From: Vicugna vicugna
Lineage: Eukaryota
Direction: 5' to 3'
DNA: 64,000 nucleotides
Assembly (NCBI GenBank): GCA_013265495.1
Contig: MU058781.1
Span: 4,155,050 to 4,219,049, forward strand
Below, one piece after another: positions 12,940 to 24,420 of this stretch (position 1 is the first letter of the stretch; each line of letters opens with the position of its first letter). The position numbers and the translations under genes are program-made. Under the pieces are notes generated by a model. That model saw nothing but the letters and a program-made list of their open reading frames with translations, did not search any database and was not told the origin of the DNA.

Positions 12940-13200
12940 GTTCCCTTAGGGCACGCCCTCCATCACAAGAGTCATTGTAACCGATTGCAGGTGTGTGTTT
13001 ATGGGGTCTCCACTCCTGCCTTGAGAGGACGCTGGGTCTCCTCATCTTGGTAAGCAACGGCGCTTGGCACCATATTGAGCACATTATTCACTCATCCATT
13101 CACCAATTCTCCGAGCATTTGTTGAGAGGCTGTTGTGTGCTGAGCATCCTGCCGGGTACCGGTAAGGCAGCTGTGAAAGGGGACGGCTTTTGCCCTTAAT
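12940..13200. mobile_element. L2 fragments
   Basis: 'ccttgagaggac...gcttggcaccata...cattattcactcatccattcaccaa...gagcatttgttgag' resembles L2 3' ends in both orientations. Confidence 0.5.
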
Positions 13201-13879
13201 GAGACGGGTCATTGATAGTTGGCCCGAATTGTCCCTCCCAGTCTCTGCAACCTGATGCATGAAGTCACAGTAAAGCTGGTCAGTTATTTCAGTTGTAAAA
13301 TAAGACACCTCTGTGCCAGTGTTTCACACAGACGGACTCCATTACAAGAGCAGACGTCTAGGTATTCCTTGAAACATACTATATTGAAGATGGAGATTTC
13401 GACCACCTGTGATACCAACACTAACCCTCCTGTTTCCAAGTTGGGTTAGTGCCGTCTGAACCTCATCACCAGCTTCCAGAACGGCCCAGCTGGATTCGGG
13501 GCCCTCATGACCACAGAGAGTCTGCTGGTACCATTACCAGCAACATCATATGTGTGGCTTTGGGGACCCCCAGCCTCACTTTGGGAGAACACACGGAATA
13601 CACAGGGACTTTTGCCTTTAAAGCACTTAGAGTAGAAGCAGAAAACCCATCACCTGCACTTTCATTCATCATGCCCCTAAGAGTGGAGGAAGCTGGTAAA
13701 CAGAAAAGAAAGCCAGAAAACTAAGGGAGGGTAAAGCAAATTAGCACACAGAGAGGGGAGATCATTACAGATGCAGGATGTAGCTGGCGTCTGGGTGGGG
13801 GAAGGAGAGAAGGGAGGAGGAGAGAACAGAAGGAGGAAGGCAGGGGAGGGGCAAAGGGGCTGGAGTGGAAAGGGTTAAA

Positions 13880-14580
13880 GATGGACCGGAGCGGCGGAGG
13901 GAAGGGAGCACTGGGAGCGCTCCGTGAGCACTGCAGTCGCGTGGCAAGTCACACGCCACACCTCTCGCTTCGTCTGGACCACAGGCTTTGTGACAGGAGC
14001 ACTGAAGGCTGAGCCTCCCGGCCCCCGGGGACTCACCCTCGCGTGTGCTCCGGACCTCAGGCCCCAGCCCGAACCACCGCAGTGCTGCCCTGCTAAGAGG
14101 CAGAGAGGACGCCGCTCAGCCCTCCTTCCCTGGGGCCTGGGGGGAGAACTCTGCGGGCCAGGGTCAGCTCCAGTGGGGAGTCTGCAAGGGACTCGTGCGC
14201 GGGACCCGTGGAGCATCCACGGGGACCCTGCCAGGCCTGGTATTTTCCCAGAGGTTTTCACTTAGGAGCAAGGCCTCTGCTAGTCTGTACAGTGAGCTTT
14301 GGACAAATCTGAAAGTCACCCTCCTGGGTGGACCAATTAGAAAAAGACATGCCTTCCCTCCTTGGAGTCTGCGACCTCAGCCCCAGGCAGGACACAGGGC
14401 CGGGGTAGCCGGGGCTGCGCTCGGATGTTTATGTGCTAAGGGTCTTGGGGCCTGGCAGGGCTCTGGACAAGGGAGAGGGCACAGGCGCGAGCGGAGGCCC
14501 AGGTGTCCGTGCGGGTGGAAGGGCAGCCCGTATCTTCCCCACACCGTAGAGAGAGAACCGTGGCAGGCAGCCGCCCTCCT
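13880..14580. promoter_or_regulatory. GC/CpG-enriched segment (weak CpG island-like)
   Basis: Visibly more CpGs than the flanks (e.g. ggagcggcgg, gtcgcgtgg, gtgcgcggg, ggcgcgagcgg). Preceded by a polypurine tract at 13795-13880. Confidence 0.4.
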
Positions 14581-14837
14581 CTTTTAATATCGAGCATTGA
14601 ATTATTCAAAAGCGCTTTGATTGGGAGGCTGGTTTTCCCCACTCCTATTAATCAAATGGCCAAAGCATAAATTGGCTTTCAAAAGGTAGTTAGAAATGAA
14701 TTTTATCCTTTAAAAAGGAAGGGAAAAAAAAAAGATCAAGTGCCAACCACCAGCCTTCAGAGTGGAATACCCAGGGCAGGGAGACAGTAGTGACACCAGT
14801 AAACCCTCCGTACTGGTAATATGCCACTCTGTGAGGG

Positions 14838-15080
14838 GTCCAAAGCCTCTTTCTGTATTTTTTAAAGTGCTCATTTAAAAATAAACCAAGTATATGTAGA
14901 GATGACTATTTTATATTATATGGCCCAATCCTGTATTTATTTTACACCCTTTTTGAAAGTTTTTATAAAACTAGTTGCAGACAGCTGTATTTTTGTTGTT
15001 GTTGAACTATTTAGTAGAATTTGTGCCTTTTTGTCTGTCTGTGAATAAATGCTGTACATTTTGCAATACATTAAAAAAAA
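14838..15080 (+). pseudogene. Probable 5'-truncated processed retrocopy of an mRNA 3'UTR end (parent not identified)
   Basis: AU-rich UTR-like sequence, AATAAA at 15044-15049, A8 starting 23 nt later (15073-15080), and a candidate TSD ctgtgaggg at 14829-14837 and 15095-15103. Confidence 0.6.
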
Positions 15081-15800
15081 GGGGGGGGGAGTGCCTGTGA
15101 GGGCGGCTGGGCTGGTATTACAATTCCCATTATTACAAAACTGACGCAGAAAAACGAAATGCCTTACGTAAGCTCATGTAACACATTAGCGTCTGCAAGA
15201 AAGCAGAATTCAGCCTCCCGATGCCCATTCCAGGCAAGATCGTGTTGCTGGAAAGTGACCCAAAATGGCAGAGCAGAAGGCAGGATTGCAGACACACGCT
15301 GCGCATGAGTCTGTCTGGGATGACCATGCCTAGCAGCTGAAATGCATGATGCTCCACTTCCTGGTGTTGATAAACATCCCCGTGCCCACGTCACAGGACG
15401 GACCAGCTTCCAGCAGAGGCCGGCGGGGCTGGGGTCGGAGCTTCCAGGGTCATCACACGACAAATGCCGGAATAACTGACTGGATATTTACTCATTAGTA
15501 ACCATGACTGTTTCATCAGGAGTTTACTGTTTGGGGGGAACTGTGCTAAGATTTTCATCTTTCAAAACTCACATCCCGACCTTGTGAGGAAAGTATCATT
15601 GTCTCCATTGAACACAGACGTTAGAGGACCCACCCAAAGAGGGCAGAGCTGAGACTCAAACTCAGAGGCGCTGCTGGACTCCAAAGACAGGGGTCGGAAC
15701 CACTCTGCTGTGCTCCCTCTGACCAACGTATGTCCCTAAAATTTACATCCTCTCCACATCCTTGCAAGTGCTAACAAATGCTACTTTGAGTGAAATCAGC

Positions 15801-16203
15801 TGTATTAGTCAGAGTTCTCCAGAGAAACAGACCTAACAGAACCAGGAAAGCAGCGGTGTAATTCAGTCCGAGTCCAAAGGCATGAGAAACAGGGGAGCCG
15901 AAGGTGTAAGTTGTAGTCTGAGTCCAAAAAGCCCCAGAACCAAGAGCTCAGACGTCCAAGGGCAGGACCAGACGGATGCCTCAGTGTAAGCAGAGAAAGC
16001 GAATCTGCCCATCCTCCACCTCCTGCTGTGAGTCCTGGGTGGGCTGGGTCACGGTGCCCACCCACATCGGTGAGGGCGCTCTGCTTTCCTGTCCACCCAC
16101 TCGAATGGGAGGCACCCTGACAGACACACCCAGAAATCATGTTTTACCAGCTCTCTCTGGGCATCCCTGAGCCCAGCTAAGATAACACATAAAATTAACC
16201 ACG
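15801..16203 (-). mobile_element. ERVL solo LTR (MLT2-like)
   Basis: Begins 'tgtattagtcagagttctccagagaaacaga' and ends 'acacacccagaaatcatgttttaccagct...acacataaaattaacca'. Candidate 5-bp TSD tcagc/tcagt. Confidence 0.9.
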
Positions 16204-16448
16204 TCAGTTTATTTCCCAACCAACATTTTTAGTGAAACAGACTAGACTAGACTAGATGATATCACAGCACATCTCAGGCAATAAAGGTAGGCACTGTTTG
16301 GTGAAACAGTTGTTTTGTGTGTGTGTGTGTGTGTGATTGTGTGTGTACACGTACTACTGGGTGGCGATGTAAAGTCTGTTTATTGCGGGTCACAAAGAAA
16401 AGCCAAAGAAGCACCGATTCAGGGTCCCCTCTGCCCCCCAGCTTCCTT
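16200..16448 (+). repeat. Left arm of ~245-bp inverted repeat (decayed hAT-like MITE, (GT)n and unique inner end)
   Basis: Aligns by eye to the reverse complement of 17109-17346 with about 25 substitutions and two small length differences. Confidence 0.95.
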
Positions 16449-17108
16449 GAACTTGCCTTCTCCCCACTCACAGCCACTTCAAAAAGACACTTGCATCTTA
16501 GAACACATCTCGGTGGTATCGGTGACGTGTCTGCCAAAGGCAAAAACTAAAACTCCTCCTTTGGACTCCACATGCCTCCTGGGTTTTAGTTGATTTCATT
16601 TTTTGAATTACATGTGTGTCTCCCGTTGTAGGGTTGTAGGGTGAGGCAAACCTGGAGTCCGTCAGTGGGTCTTGTGAGGACAAGAGGGAGCAGGAGAGGC
16701 TAAGTAATTAATAATTCAAAAACTGAGGCTTGGCGCAGGCTTGGAACTGGCAGGAGTGGAAAGAGAACTTTTAAATCCCTAAACCAAAGCCATCAGGGCC
16801 ACTGGCTTTGCCGAGTGAATTTATATCTGAGCTAAGCCAGCGAAGAGCATGAAACACACTGAATATGATTCAAAGGTGTGTCGAGTGTGCCCCGAAGCTG
16901 GCTCTCCCACCGTAGGCAAGTTTAGTGGTACTTGGGGACCATCTGGCCCCTGGGCTGCAGCAGAGAAGGAAGCAGAAGGTCCCACTGGGAGGAGGGAGCC
17001 CCAGTGGTGGCACAGGGAAAGAAATGTGAACATAGCGGTCATGGGCAGGGGCAGGGGTGGAGGAACAGCTAGGCCGGGTGCATACTTTCCCTTCCTCTGT
17101 CTTAGCTT

Positions 17109-17346
17109 AAGGAAGCTGGGGGGCAGAGGGGACCCTGAATCAGTGCTTCTCGGGCTTTTCTTTATGACCCACAATAAATAGACTTTATGTCGCCACCCAG
17201 TAGTATGTGTACACACACACACACACACTCACACGAAACAACTGTTCCACAAAACAGTAACTACCTTTATTGCCTGAGACGCGCTCTGATATTATCTAGT
17301 CTAGCCTATTTCACTAAAAACATTGGTTGGGAACTAAATTGATGTG
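17109..17346 (-). repeat. Right arm of ~245-bp inverted repeat
   Basis: Reverse complement of 16200-16448. The ORF track shows the mirrored peptides (…STDSGSPLPPSFL…) on opposite strands. Confidence 0.95.
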
Positions 17347-17349
17347 ACT

Positions 17350-17711
17350 GGCTCAGGCTGCCATAACGAAATACCATGGACTGTGTGGTTTAAAAGGCAG
17401 ACATTTATTTTCTCATGGCTCTGGAGGCTGGAGGTCCGAGATCAGGGTGCCAGCGTGGTCAGGGGCTGGTGAGAGCCCGCTTCCCGGCTTGCAGACGGCC
17501 GCCTCCCTCCTGAGTGCTCACGTGGTGGAGAGTGAGCATGCTCTCTGTTGTCTTTTCTTATAAGGATGCTAGTCCTATCAGATCAAAGCCCCACCCTCAT
17601 GACCTCCTTTAGCCTTAATTACTTCTATAAAGCTGTATCTCCAAACATAGTCACGTTGGTGTTAGAGCTTCAACATATAAGTTGGGGGGGCACATAATTC
17701 AGTCTATAGCA
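17350..17711 (-). mobile_element. MaLR solo LTR (MLT1A-like)
   Basis: 'ctcaggctgccataacgaaatacca...tttattttctca...tctggaggctggaggtccgagatcagggtgccagc...cttcaacata...attcagtctatagca'. Confidence 0.9.
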
Positions 17712-19501
17712 CCCCTATTTCAACACATACCCTTACTCTACATGGACCCACCTGTCCTTCCTTCATACTAACCAAGACTCATGGAGCCCTGCGAGCTGAA
17801 AGCAGGTGTGAGCTGGGTGGAGAGAGTGGTTAGAGAAGTTAGAACCATCCCCCTTGCAGGGAAGGTGGCTCAGCCTGGTGCCCTAAGGAGAAATGCCCGC
17901 TTCTGTTGTGGATTTCCTGTCTGTTTCCCATCCGAGCAGCCATCCTTTTGTTTTCCCCACAACTAAGATGGAGAATTAAAATTTAAAACCTCACATCACA
18001 CAGATCTCAGGAGGGTTCGTTACAGGGGGTCTCTCAGTCTCTAAGTCACACATTTCATGAATGCTTGCATTTTTAACCGACATCATGAATGACTTTGTAA
18101 TCAAAAAAAGTAACACTTTATAAAAACAGCATAAAAACACTTTGTAAAAACACATAGTAATAGCACAAGAGACTCACTGAGTAAATATACAAGGGTGATG
18201 AAAGCTCTTGGCTCACATTCCATGAAGTGCTGTGAAAGGGTGGGGTTTGGAGACAGCGGGGGCTCTTTTCCAGTCTGGTAAGTGATTTCAGAGGGGAGAG
18301 TGAAAAGATTGTTCCTCTACACGAAAAGAAAGTCGGGGAGACAAGTTAGCTGTGTGTTTAAAGACAGCGATGCAGCCCACCTGCATCTACACTGGATGGG
18401 AGCCACTCTAGAAACTTCTAGAAGCCTCACGACTCCTGGGGAGTCTTGTCACCTGATCAGGCCTGAAGCTACCTGGACCTGGCTCCCTTTCTCAGCCCAC
18501 GCAAGGTGGCTGAAATCCGTGACTGCTCTCAACCGCGTCCCAGGTACAAATAAAGCATCCTTTCAGTTTCAGGCGCCGGGTGGAAAACGGCAGCCCTGAA
18601 GCGATGAAAGGGCTTTATTAGAGCCTAAGTGTGGGCAGTGGGAGGCCGCGGGGCCTGGGCTTTATGAAGCTGTAGCTCTTCCCCGCTGGCGCCTCGTTAC
18701 TGCCAGGGCTATTGTCAGCCTGAATGAGGAGCATGCGAGGCTGAGGGGAGACCTTTAAAAGGGAAAGACGCGTCCAAATACAGGAGGGGGTGCTTCCCGC
18801 TTATCAGTGCACGGAAGAGCTCAGGACTAATAGCATCGTATAAAGCGCATGCGTTACAGAGCGACTCGGGCACCAAGCTGGGGTTGCCGGGGGACTGGGC
18901 TGCGCTCAGGCCTAGTGGGGACTTGAGCCCCATGTCTGGAAACAAGGCTCCCGGGTGGGTTTTGAGAAATAACAAAGCCCTGGCTTTACGGGGCCTCCTT
19001 CCCGCAGGGGATTCCAGTGCTCCTCTGTCAGGAGCTGTGAATCCTTCCAGCAAGGATGCCACCAGCAACTGAGGCAGCTCCATGGTTCCTGAGCTGTTCT
19101 CCTGCAGGAAAAGCCTGGCTTTGCTGCTGTGAACTCCCCACTGAGTAACAGAGGTGAGGGCCTATCCGGAGCACAAACCCCAGGAGGGGACAGGCTCTGG
19201 GATTCCTGAGAAGGATCCAGGCTTTTGCTCACCGTTCTGTGCTGTCTCCCTCTCCCCCTTCCTCCGGTCTCTTGGGCCTGAGGACCCTGTGCAACTAAGG
19301 ACCATCCAGCCCCGGCTACAGAGCCTGGTCCCCAGGCAGCATTGCCCATGACAACACCTCGGGGCTCAGGGGATCAGCCTGAATCTAGATGCTGATGGCC
19401 CAGGGGGACCCCACCCTCCATTCCTGGGCTGCAGCTGAGAAAGCCAAGCTGTCCAGAGCGTGTATAATACAGGGAGGGGCAGACCCTGAGCTTCCCCATT
19501 G

Positions 19502-19765
19502 GTACGAGTGTCCTGTGGCTGCTGAGCAAAGTACCACAAAGCAGGTGGCTTAAAGCGACAGAAACATGTTCTCTCACAGCGCTGGAGGCCAGAAGTCCCA
19601 AGTCAGTGTGAGCAGGGTCTCGCTCCCTCTGGAGGCTGGAGGGGAGCATCCTCGCCCGCCTCTTCTAACTGCAGGTGGCTCCAGGCGTCCCCTGACTTGT
19701 GACCGCATCACTCCATTCTTCATCTCCATCTTCCTGTCACCTTCTGTGTGTGTTTTGCCCCTTCT
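19502..19765 (-). mobile_element. MaLR LTR (MLT1B/C-like), partial
   Basis: 'cctgtggctgctg...taccacaa...ggtggcttaaa...tctctcacagcgctggaggccagaagtcc'. Confidence 0.85.
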
Positions 19766-19777
19766 CCTGGCCTCAAA

Positions 19778-20136
19778 TCACCCTGTCTGTGTCCCCCCTA
19801 AAATTCGAAGTCCTAACCCCGAGGACGGCAGCCGGTGACTGCATTTGGAGGTAGGGTCTTTAAAGAGATAACTGAGATAAAATGAGGTGGTGAGGGTGGC
19901 TCTAACCTGAGGTAACTGGTGTCCTTATAAGGAGTGGAGATGAGAACACAGGTGCACACAGCAGGAGGGCCATGGGGAGACACAGGGAGAAGGCGGCCGT
20001 CTGCGCGCCAAGGAGCGGGGCCTCAGGAGAGTCCATCTTGCCGGCACCTTGATTCACAGTGTGAGAAAATAGATTTCCGTGCTTTAAGCCACCAGCCTGT
20101 GGTACTTCGTTAGGACAGTTCTAACAAAACCATATA
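19778..20136 (+). mobile_element. MaLR LTR (MLT1A/B-like)
   Basis: 'tgtgtcccccctaaaattc...tttggaggtagggtctttaaagag...ggtgtccttataag...tttaagccaccagcctgtggtacttcgtta'. Confidence 0.85.
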
Positions 20137-20675
20137 CCTAGTAACATTCTTCCTTTGTTGTCAGGGAGGAAGGGGGAGGGATTCAGCTCCTTGGGTGCTT
20201 CCCCGAGAGCGGAGTTCTCTGCCTGGACCACCTATCTCCCCACTCTTTACTCATCCCCTCCTCTCTCTCCCCTACTTCCCTTTACAAAGATGCAGTCCCC
20301 CAGTAGCCCCTGCACTGCAGCCTGGATCAGCCCCTTAGGGTGTGCGTATAGGGAGGCTGCCCTTGAATTAGGGGAAGCGTAAGGTCTCTGTGTGACCTTG
20401 GGTAAGTCCCTTCATCTCCCAAGGTATCTCAACCATAAGGCGAGAGGGTTCAGTCTGCTGACACCTTGGGTTCTTTCCAGCCGTTAAGAACCCTGATCGC
20501 ACACCTGCAGGGAGCCCCTGGCTCCCTGCTGGTGCCACCTAGACCCGGCACCCGCACCTGCACCCTGCCCGCGATAGCTGCTGCGAGGAGCCCTGCGCTG
20601 GCCGATTTATTGAAGGGGGGAGGGGCGATCTCCCAGCTGCTCAGAGAAGAGCATGAAACACTCTTGCTCCCACTT

Positions 20676-20930
20676 TTCAATTATTGTATTGCTGCCTACT
20701 TCTCCCTTCAGGTCTAAAATTAATACTTGCTTTACACATTCAGGTGCTATTATGTTGGGTGCATAAATGTTACCAATGTTGCATGCTCTTGTTGGACTGA
20801 CCCCTTCATCACTATGTAGTGACTCTCTCTCTTAGTACAGTCTGGGCTTAAAGTCCGTTTTGCCTGATGTGCCTAGCTCCCCTAGCCTTTTTCCATTTTC
20901 AGTTGCAGGGAAGGTCTTTCTATCCCTGCA
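20676..20930 (-). mobile_element. L1 ORF2 endonuclease-region fragment
   Basis: 'attattgtattgctg...tctcccttcaggtct...ggtgctattatgttgggtgcataaat...tgaccccttcatcactatgtagtg...ttaaagtccgttttgcctgat' is the antisense of the L1 endonuclease coding region. Confidence 0.8.
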
Positions 20931-21039
20931 GTTTCTGTCTGTGCCTATTGGCAAAAGAATAGAGAGAGTGAGGAAAACACCCATTGCCACAGTATTTTCC
21001 TCTCTCTCTGTCTCATTGATTATTTATGGCTCTCCCAGT

Positions 21040-21235
21040 CTGTGCCAGATACAGTGCCCAGCAGTTCATAAATATTATCATGTAAAACCGTCATAAAACC
21101 TTGTGAAATAGACATTTTTACCCCATTCGTTAGCAGTTGAGAAAAATCAAGTCCAGGAAAGGTCATTGTCCTGGGCAGGCAGGGGGCCAAGCCAGGATTG
21201 GAACCTCTTTTTCCTGAGTCCCCGATCTTTCTCCT
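21040..21235 (-). mobile_element. MIR SINE
   Basis: 'tgtgccagatacagtgc...aaccttgtgaaatagacatttttaccccattc...tgagaaaaatcaag...gccaggattggaacc'. Confidence 0.65.
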
Positions 21236-23326
21236 TACGTATATTGCCCCTCCTTTCTCTCTTTCCTTGCTAATTGGCAAGAGGTCATGATGATCATCAC
21301 TGTATTTCTTAAACTAATAAGATCTGAGAGTGCACACTCAAAGTCTTTTCATTCAGTAAAGACCTGTGGAATTCCTGCCGCGAGCCAGGCACCACACTAG
21401 CCTGGAGACGCAGGAGCCATACACGGAACCTGAGGGAGAGCCCATCTCCCAGGTCACGTCTTCTCCCGATCTTCTGATCTGCCTCTCCCGTGAGGACAGC
21501 AGGCAGAGCCTGAACAAGTGCAGGCCAGGCAGGTGTAGACCCCAAATTCCTTTCCTATACCATCAGAATCCGGTGGGTTTCCTAGGAACACACCAGGGTG
21601 AAGTAGAGATTCCTCAGTGGCTAGAGTGTGAGAAAACCTGGGTCGTGGCACTAGCCTGGCCATGAAAGGAAGCTGTGTGGCTCCCTGGGCCTCGGTTTCC
21701 CCATTTGTCCAACCAGGGAGTTGGACCACCTGATCACTGTGTCCTTCTCAGCTCTAACATGCCACCAATTTAACCGAGTTCTCTGCTTCAGTCCGTTGTC
21801 CAGGCAAATGAATCCTGAGGCTCATTTTGAAAATTGGAAGTGTTGGCTTATTTTTCTCGTCCTAAGCCCTGGCTTCTCCTGGGTGACATACGGCTTCATC
21901 AGTTGCTTTCATTTCTGCACCTCTGATTCATTTGTCATTTGCAGATGCTTTATCTTTGTCGTGGTTCTTAATGTTCGCTTCTGTAAGAGGCAGGTGCACA
22001 CCCAAAATCTTGAGGTGTACTTAATTATGAACCATACATTTCCCTCGAAAAGCAATAAACAAATCAAAAACTGCAAATTGAGTCCTTTTTTCAAAGTAGC
22101 AGAACTGCTTGCATTATTTTAAAGAGAGAATAAAAAGTGGATGCAACACATTTTTGTTTGGAAAATCTGCATTTTTATATAATTAGATTATTTTCACGTG
22201 AGGTTCAAGAACAGTGTAGAAAAGCCTACGGAAGTTGGTAGAGTTTATTTAAGATACGGGCCAGACACAAACTTTTTTTTTTCCTAGAAACTTCAAGAAA
22301 GTCATTTTCCCTTTCCTGGTGATTTTGTTGACTGTCAATGGCTATCCTCCTTCTCTGCCAACTCTGTATATTATGCCATTTCTAATCCTTAAACAATCTT
22401 TAAAGAACAGCTATTACTATGCCCATTTTGTGGATGGGGATGCTGGAGTCGAGGGAAGGTATGTCATCGATGCAAGGTCGTTTGAATGGAAAAGTGGCAG
22501 ATACAGTGCGGGATTCAAATCAAGTTCAGTCTAAATCCAAATGGTTACACTTTCTCCACCTGGAAGAGAAGAAAAATGGACCAATATCCAGATGGTTGTC
22601 CAGAAATAAGCAAGGAGAAAGTGGCTTCTGTAAGGCTTTCTCCACAGAATGAAGAGGAAGAGCGGGCTAATCTCAGCTCACACCAAGTGTGCCTTTATGT
22701 GAATTAGGAAAAGGTACCCCCTCCTGGAGGTGCACCCCCAAATGCTGATGGCTTGTTGGGTGCAGAAGGGGTGACCTCTCACCCCTCACACAGGGGACAC
22801 TGGCATAGGGAACAAACTGCACATCACTACTCGGCGGATGGAGAAGGGAGGGGTCCAAGGAAGGGGTGGCTGTGGGTGACCGGGGGGGGGTCTCAGAAGG
22901 CTGGCGTGGCTGGTGACCACAAGAGGATGGCAGTGTTTATTTTAAGATATTCAAATATTTGTACTTCTCACTCTCTCTTTTCTTCTGCAAAGTTAGGTGG
23001 GCAGATGGAAGCGCTTCTTACGGTTGAAGAGGTTTAGCTTGATTTCCACATGCCAAGTCAGTTAGAGTGTGACCGCGCTTCCAGAGCTGGTCTGGCGGCA
23101 AGCCAGGGCAGAAGTAATGCATCATTCTAATTGTTACTAAATTGTCCCCAAGAAGGTTCAAGTCGTCTTATCTTAGAGGCACTCACTTCTAATAACTTGG
23201 CTGCCCATCTGATAACTTGTGCCTGGGACTGTCTGCTGACTCTGAGATTCTCTGTCTCTTCTGCTTTCTTTGGCTCTCCTGGGTCTCTGCTTAAACTACC
23301 ATCAATGTGTGACGTTCAGGTTTTGA

Positions 23327-23418
23327 TTAATAATAGTACATAATAATAGTAGTAGTAGTAATAATAATAACACAAAGATGAAGATGAAGGAGGAGCAGGA
23401 GGAGGAAGAGGAAGATAG
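23327..23418. repeat. Compound (TAA/TAG)n and (GAA/GGA)n simple repeat
   Basis: taataatagtacataataatagtagtagtagtaataataataa followed by gatgaagatgaaggaggagcaggaggaggaagaggaaga. Confidence 0.85.
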
Positions 23419-23984
23419 AAACATCTTTCATTTTTGCAAAGTTGAAAATTCAAAAAATAGGCTTTGGAGGCACAGACCCTACCAGCCACGGGAAAGGTTA
23501 CCTGGTTAACGAAAGCCTGATTTTTCCCATCCTTGGTGTTTCGCCTGTAACTTGGGTGCCGGAGAGATGCTGTGACAATTCTCAGCCAGAGTGACCTTTC
23601 TTTCAGTAGCAAGTTTACCTACCAAAGGACTCAAGCCCCTCTCCAGGGAAGAGAGGCCACGGGAGGATGGGAATGGTGAGTGCGTGCTGGATCTATCACA
23701 CACACGATGCTTATGCACGTGAGAGCCAGGACATACCCTCGGCACGTGTGCACCTTACTGACCGGGTCTCGCTTGTATTTATGAGGACCTGGTCACATGG
23801 CAGGCACTCAGTGACCACTAAGTAAAAAGCTAAACGTTCCAGGGCATTTGCGGGGCTTCTGACACAATACAGCTTCTACCTGTGGGATCTCTCCCACCCC
23901 TTTGAGTGGCTTCAAGCATTTCTTGATATCATTACTCTGAGAGTGCTTTCTTGATATAAGTACAGAATCGCAACTACCTGCCTC

Positions 23985-24420
23985 ATGATTTGCTGTACAG
24001 TAAAATTTCTTTAATTGGGCCCAGCATTTGGGGATTTATATTAATTAAGAGACAGTGATCTTATTGGGTGAGAAGTTTGCATGAAGGGTTGTAATTTAGA
24101 AATCTGTACTTTTATGAGATTCACACTTATTACCCAGTGTTTGCGGAACTGTAATCCTAGATTCATTTAGCTAATTTTCCTTATTAGTATCCCATTCATT
24201 CCTGAGTTTATAGCAAAAAAAGAAAAAAAAGAAATACTGTAACGTAATTATCAGTATTTCTTTAAACAAATCCTGGAGTAAGGATGTTTTTTAAAAATTA
24301 ATTCAAATGAGCCTCACAATCTCCCATTTCTCAAAATAATAAGATTTTACTCTATTTAATTCCAGTTCCTCAGCAGCGTTCTTTATGCGTGTGAGAAATA
24401 AGCCGAGCACCTTCGGGAGG
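23985..24420. promoter_or_regulatory. Putative conserved non-coding element
   Basis: Unique AT-rich block with many TAAT/TAATTA cores (ttaattaa, gtaattta, ctaatt, gtaatta, ttaatt). Confidence 0.3.

Noticed and set aside
14045..14587. Longest ORF (180 aa) and other overlapping ORFs in GC-rich patches
   Set aside because: Non-ATG start, low-complexity G/R/A/P composition, no recognisable domain or exon structure. Expected by chance where stop codons are rare.
16274..17228. Pairs of similar peptides on opposite strands, suggesting duplicated genes
   Set aside because: A by-product of the inverted DNA duplication, translated through a (GT)n microsatellite.
18048..18232. Possible MITE bounded by catttcatgaatg / cattccatgaagtg
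   Set aside because: The terminal match is short and imperfect, can be read as direct or inverted, and has no TSD.
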